Assembly: GCA_963728915.1 (NCBI GenBank)
Contig: CAVSLV010000002.1
Span: 320,001-384,000, forward strand
Direction: 5' to 3'
Length of the DNA stretch: 64,000 bases
Origin: an uncultured Gemmatimonadales bacterium
Lineage (GTDB): Bacteria > Gemmatimonadota > Gemmatimonadetes > Gemmatimonadales > GWC2-71-9
Made by a program: the position numbers and the translations under genes. The notes below the pieces were generated by a model. That model was not told the origin of the DNA, did not search any database, and saw only the letters and a program-made list of their open reading frames with translations. Positions 57,265 through 64,000 of this stretch are shown piece after piece. Position 1 is the stretch's first letter, and each line of letters begins with the position of its first letter.

Positions 57265-59842
57265 GCGTCGCGCTCTCCGAAAACACCCCCCTGCTCCAGC
57301 AGTACCGCGAGATCAAGGCGCGGCATCGCGACGCCATCCTGTTTTTCCGGATGGGCGACTTCTACGAGATGTTCTTCGACGACGCCGAGCTCGCCTCCCG
57401 CGCGCTCAGCATCACGCTCACCTCGCGAGGTGACGGGGTCCCGCTGGCCGGCGTGCCGGTCAAGGCGGCCGGGGAATACCTCAAACAGTTGGTCAGCCAG
57501 GGACACCGGGTCGCGATCTGCGAGCAGGTGGAAGATCCTCGCCAGGCCCGCGGGATCGTGCGGCGGGAAGTGGTCGAGACGGTAACCCCGGGCGCCCTGC
57601 TCGAGGATGGCTGGGTGGCAGGGGGCCGAAACAACTGGATCGTCGCAATCCACCATGAGGGCTCCCCGTCGATCGGCCTCGCCGCCATCGACTTGACCAC
57701 CGGCGAGTTTCTCCTCGAAACCACCGGCCCGGACGGTGTCGTTGACGCCCTGGGACGGCTCGGTCCCTCCGAAGTCGTGATCGCCGCGAACCGGGAGAGC
57801 CCTCTGGACGGCCCGCTCTGCACCAAGCGTGAGCCCTGGGAGTTCGATGCTTCACTGGCCGGCTCGGAGCTGGCCCAGCGGTTCCGCCTCGCCTCGATCG
57901 ATGGCTTGGGGTTCTCGGCGTCAGATGCGCCGGCCCTGGGGGCGGCGGGAGCGCTTCTCCGTTATCTCGCGGATCTCAAGCCTGGCGGTCTTCCCCACTT
58001 GGCGCGGCCCGTGGCACGCCGCTCCGGCGATCTCCTCTGGATCGACGAGATGACCCGGCGGAATCTCGAGCTGGTCGAGCCCCTTCGCGCCGGCGCGAGA
58101 GGGGTGACCCTCCTCGAGGCCATCGACCGGACCGTCACGCCCATGGGAGCGCGCCTGCTCCGCGCCTGGCTGCTGTCCCCGCTGTGCGATCCGACCGCCA
58201 TCAACGAACGACTCGACGCCGTGGAAACGACGGTCCAGGCATCCCCGGAACGAGGTGTCGCGCGGAGCGCCCTCGACGGCGTCCGGGATCTCGAGCGGCT
58301 GGGCGGTCGCGCCGCGGCGGGAAGGGCGACTCCCCGGGAGCTGGCTGCGCTACGCGATTCGTTCGCCCGTCTGCCCGAAGTCCGTCAGGCGCTCGAAGCC
58401 CTGAGTCGTACCGGCGCCTCGACCCTGCTCGGCGGGCTGGTCCGCGACTTCGACCCGCTCGGCGACCTGCACGATCTGCTCGCCGCGGCGCTCTCCGAGC
58501 GCCCGCCCGCGCTGCTCACGGAAGGCGGAGTGATCCGAGCGGGTTATGACGAAGAGCTGGATGTGCTGAGGTCCCTCCGGGACGGCGGCAAGCAACACAT
58601 CGCCGCCATTCAGCAGCGGGAGCGGGACCGCACCGGGATCCCATCGCTCAAGGTGGGCTACAACAAGGTGTTCGGTTACTACCTCGAGATCACCAACCCC
58701 CACCTGCCCCGGGTTCCCGGCGACTACGAGCGCCGCCAGACCCTCGCCACGGCCGAGCGGTTCGTCACTCCCGAGCTCAAGGAATACGAATCGAAAGTGC
58801 TGGGGGCCGAGGAGCGCATCGCGACCCGGGAAGCGGAGATCTTCACCGCGCTGCGGCACCAGGTCGGCGCTGAGGTCGCGCGGATTCAGGGCGTCGCCCG
58901 CGGCCTCGCCCGGCTCGACGTGGTCATCGGGCTGGCCGAGATCGCGGTGGCGAACCGGTACGTCCGGCCCCGGGTCGAGGACGGATTCCATCTTGATTTC
59001 AAGGCCTCTCGTCATCCCGTGCTGGAGCGCCTCATGGCGCGCGAGGCCTTCATGCCGAACGACGTGCATTTCGATCAGGCAGCCCGGGTTCAGCTGGTGA
59101 CCGGCCCGAACATGGCGGGCAAGAGCACCATTCTCCGGCAGATCGGCCTGGTGGTCATCCTCGCCCAGATGGGCAGCTTCGTTCCCTGCGAAGCCGCGAC
59201 GATCGGCGTCGTGGATCGCCTCTTCACCCGGGTAGGCGCGTCCGATAACCTCGCCCGCGGGCAATCCACTTTCATGGTGGAGATGAGCGAGACCAGCGCC
59301 ATCCTTCACGCCGCCACGGCCCGTTCCCTGGTGCTGCTGGACGAGATCGGCCGGGGAACTTCAACCTACGATGGCGTGGCCATCGCCTGGGCGGTGACCG
59401 AGTACCTCCACGACCGGATCGGCTGCAAGACCATGTTCGCCACCCACTACCACGAGCTGATGCAGCTGCCCGAGCGGCTCGAACACGCCAGGAATCTCAA
59501 CGTGGCGGTGCGGGAAGCGAACGGGAAAGTCCTGTTTCTCCACCGGCTGGAGCCGGGTGGCACCGATCGGAGTTACGGCATTCACGTGGCCGAGTTGGCC
59601 GGTTTGCCCCAGAACGTGGTGCGGCGCGCCACCGCCATTCTCGAGACGCTGGAGGGGGAACATCGGGTCGTCCCGGGGACGCCCCCCCAGGCTCCCGACC
59701 CCGGTCAGCTCGCGCTCTTTCAGGACCGTCCGCCGCATCCGGCGCTCGAGGAGCTGCGCCATCTCGACCTCGACCAGCTTACCCCGCTGGATGCCCTGAA
59801 CCGTCTCGCTGAGCTCCAGCGACGCGCTGGAACCGACCAGCG

Positions 59843-59846
<4 letters not shown>
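57261..59846 (+). CDS. mutS: DNA mismatch repair protein MutS
   Basis: GDFYEMF, TGPNMAGKST, STFMVEM, DEIGRGTST, FATHYHEL and SYGIHVA motifs. Confidence 0.98.
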
Positions 59847-62087
<2,241 letters not shown>

Positions 62088-62123
62088 ATCTTGTGCCGCA
62101 CGAGACATGACGTATCTTGTCCC

Positions 62124-63068
62124 GTGCTCATCGATCTAGTCCCCGACTTCCTCGACATTTTCAAACATCCCGATCCGAAGGCGGCGTACGCCCGCTATTT
62201 CGACAGTCATCGTCCGCTGTTGTCCGCCTACTGGAACAACTACGTGCTCGACCCCGAAAGCCCGCATGCGGACGAAGTCGTCCAGGCGGTCGTGCGGGCG
62301 GATCGAAGCGATCTGCTGGACTTGCTCACCAGCGTCGACGTGGCTCGGATCGTGGAAGAGGCGCTCCATCGCGCCGAAGACCTGCTCCAGGCGGATCGTC
62401 CCGTCGATTGCCTGCTCATGGTGGGGGTCGGCGCCGCCAACGCGGGCGAGCTGGTCGTGAACGGCCGGGGCATTGCGTTCATTTGCCTGGAACATTTCAC
62501 CGGGCGGGTCAACCCCGAGACCTTCGGGCTGGGACTCTCGCCGGAGATGCTTCCGCTCTGGGTCGCCCACGAGATCGCCCACGCGGTTCGCTATACCTCG
62601 CCCGGAAGCCGGAGCGAGCTGCGGCGGCTGGTCACCGAGGCGGGGGGATACTACGACTACTGGACCACCGGGAGCCGGGCGACCCTCCGGGAACATCTCC
62701 TGAACGAAGGTCTCGCGGTGCATGCCTCTCGCGAGGTCGCCCCGGGCTTCGACCAGGCCGATTACTTCGGCTGCACCCGGCGCCAGTACCAGCGCCTCCG
62801 CGAGCTGGAATCGTTCCTCCGCCGAGCCGCGCATCACGACCTCGACCGCACTGGGCTCGGGCTCCGGCTCAAGTTCCTGTCGGGCGGCATGAGCGCCTCC
62901 GCTCGCCTCGCCCTGGGACGCGTGCTGCCGGAGCGTTCCGGGTATTACCTCGGTTACCGGATGGCGGAGCCGCTCGTCGCGGCCCAGGGGATCGCCACCG
63001 CGCTCCGGGCTCCGGTTGAGGAGTTCCAGAGCTTCGAGGACGAGGCCCTGGGGTTCCGGACCGCCTAG
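62124..63068 (+). CDS. DUF2268-like putative Zn-dependent protease
   Basis: HEIAH (HExxH), NEGLA third ligand and GYYLGY motif. Confidence 0.7.
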   Translation: MLIDLVPDFLDIFKHPDPKAAYARYFDSHRPLLSAYWNNYVLDPESPHADEVVQAVVRADRSDLLDLLTSVDVARIVEEALHRAEDLLQADRPVDCLLMVGVGAANAGELVVNGRGIAFICLEHFTGRVNPETFGLGLSPEMLPLWVAHEIAHAVRYTSPGSRSELRRLVTEAGGYYDYWTTGSRATLREHLLNEGLAVHASREVAPGFDQADYFGCTRRQYQRLRELESFLRRAAHHDLDRTGLGLRLKFLSGGMSASARLALGRVLPERSGYYLGYRMAEPLVAAQGIATALRAPVEEFQSFEDEALGFRTA

Positions 63069-63107
63069 ATCGAATCGTTTGCCCGGCTGCGACGCCTATA
63101 TTCCGGG

Positions 63108-63308
63108 ATGGAAAACACCACCACCACTCCCGTCACCATCACCCTCAAACCCGCGGGGCCGATCGTCATCGAAGGTCCGGTGACGATCCTGAACAACGCG
63201 GGCGATCCGATCGAGCCGCCCCCGACCAAGATCCCCGGGCAAATCAAGTTGTGCGGTTGCGGATTCAGCAAGAATCGCCCTTTTTGTGACGGGAGTCACA
63301 AGCGGTAG
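63108..63308 (+). CDS. CDGSH iron-sulfur domain protein
   Basis: GPIVIEGP..LCGCGFSKNRPFCDGSH. Confidence 0.92.
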   Translation: MENTTTTPVTITLKPAGPIVIEGPVTILNNAGDPIEPPPTKIPGQIKLCGCGFSKNRPFCDGSHKR

Positions 63309-63314
63309 CGGCGA

Positions 63315-64000
63315 CTATTTCCCCACGCAAAATCGTTCGAACACCCGGCCAAGCACCTCGTCGGGATGCACTACCCCGATGAGCTCGTCCAGCGCGTCCA
63401 CCGCGTTGCGAACATGGTGCGCGGCCAGCACCGCGTCCCCGGTGGATCCGAGCTCGGGTCCGGCCGCCCGCAACGACGATTCCGCCCGGGCAAGCGCGAT
63501 GCGGTGCCGTTCGCGGGTGAGCATCGGAGCCAGGTCGGCATACCCTCCTCCCCCTTCAAACAGACGCCCGGCGATCGCGGCGCGAAGCTGGCCCAGCCCT
63601 TCGCCGCTCACCGCGGACACCGGGATCCCGTCCTCGCTTTCGCGCTCGGGAATCGGGACCAGATCGGTCTTGGTCCGGACCAGAAGACAGGGGTGCTCCT
63701 CCAGTATCCGCCGCTCTTCATTCGCCACCAGGCGACCCGATTCGACGCACAACAGGAGCAAATCGGCGGCGCGGAGGTACCGTCGGCTCACTTCGATGCC
63801 CATCCGCTCGAGTCGTTCGTCGGCATCACGAAGCCCGGCGGTATCGGCCAGCCGGACCGGCCAGCCATGAGCCTCGGTATGCGCTTCGATGGTATCCCGA
63901 GTCGTTCCCGGGATTTCGGTGACCAGCGCCCGTTCGGTTCCCAGCAAGGCGTTGAACAGGGATGACTTTCCCGTGTTGGGGCGGCCGGCGAGAACCACGA
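63315..64000 (-). CDS. mnmE: tRNA modification GTPase MnmE (5' truncated by window edge)
   Basis: GRPNTGKSS, GTTRD, DTAG, TKTD, SA motifs and C-terminal FCVGK. Confidence 0.95.
   Translation of the reverse strand, partial: VVLAGRPNTGKSSLFNALLGTERALVTEIPGTTRDTIEAHTEAHGWPVRLADTAGLRDADERLERMGIEVSRRYLRAADLLLLCVESGRLVANEERRILEEHPCLLVRTKTDLVPIPERESEDGIPVSAVSGEGLGQLRAAIAGRLFEGGGGYADLAPMLTRERHRIALARAESSLRAAGPELGSTGDAVLAAHHVRNAVDALDELIGVVHPDEVLGRVFERFCVGK

Overview
This is a 64 kb GC-rich bacterial chromosomal segment. Gene content, Tat/Sec signal style and codon usage suggest Gemmatimonadota (an inference, not a database result). Many otherwise well-conserved genes carry 1-2 bp indels, which points to an imperfectly polished long-read assembly. 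Contents in order: (1) a sigma54 two-component system with a PepSY target gene; (2) an ECF sigma/zf-HC2 anti-sigma/DUF4097 operon; (3) a block of secreted hydrolases and sugar genes (two GH29, GH3, Gfo/Idh/MocA, NupG-like MFS, M20, serine hydrolase, prolyl oligopeptidase); (4) an N-heterocycle catabolic cluster (Mo-hydroxylase S/L/G/M, NCS1 permease, cyclase-family hydrolase, AS-family amidase) converging on a malonyl-CoA synthetase; (5) a metal-uptake operon led by a RAPP-type leader ORF; (6) a TetR-RND efflux operon; (7) a divergent caa3-type oxidase operon followed by a CPA1 antiporter; (8) tRNA-Phe with a linked partial repeat; (9) a housekeeping run (upp, beta-CASP MBL, holA, mutS, ddl, mnmE). 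No CRISPR array, rRNA, integrase or intact transposase was seen. The best candidates for undescribed biology are a putative barbiturase-independent oxidative pyrimidine pathway (24.9-34.4 kb), a family-A heme-copper oxidase with altered proton-channel residues (HPWVY, K->Q), and a RAPP-leader-controlled metal uptake operon with no ATPase gene. Several short-repeat families sit at, or are translated into, gene termini.
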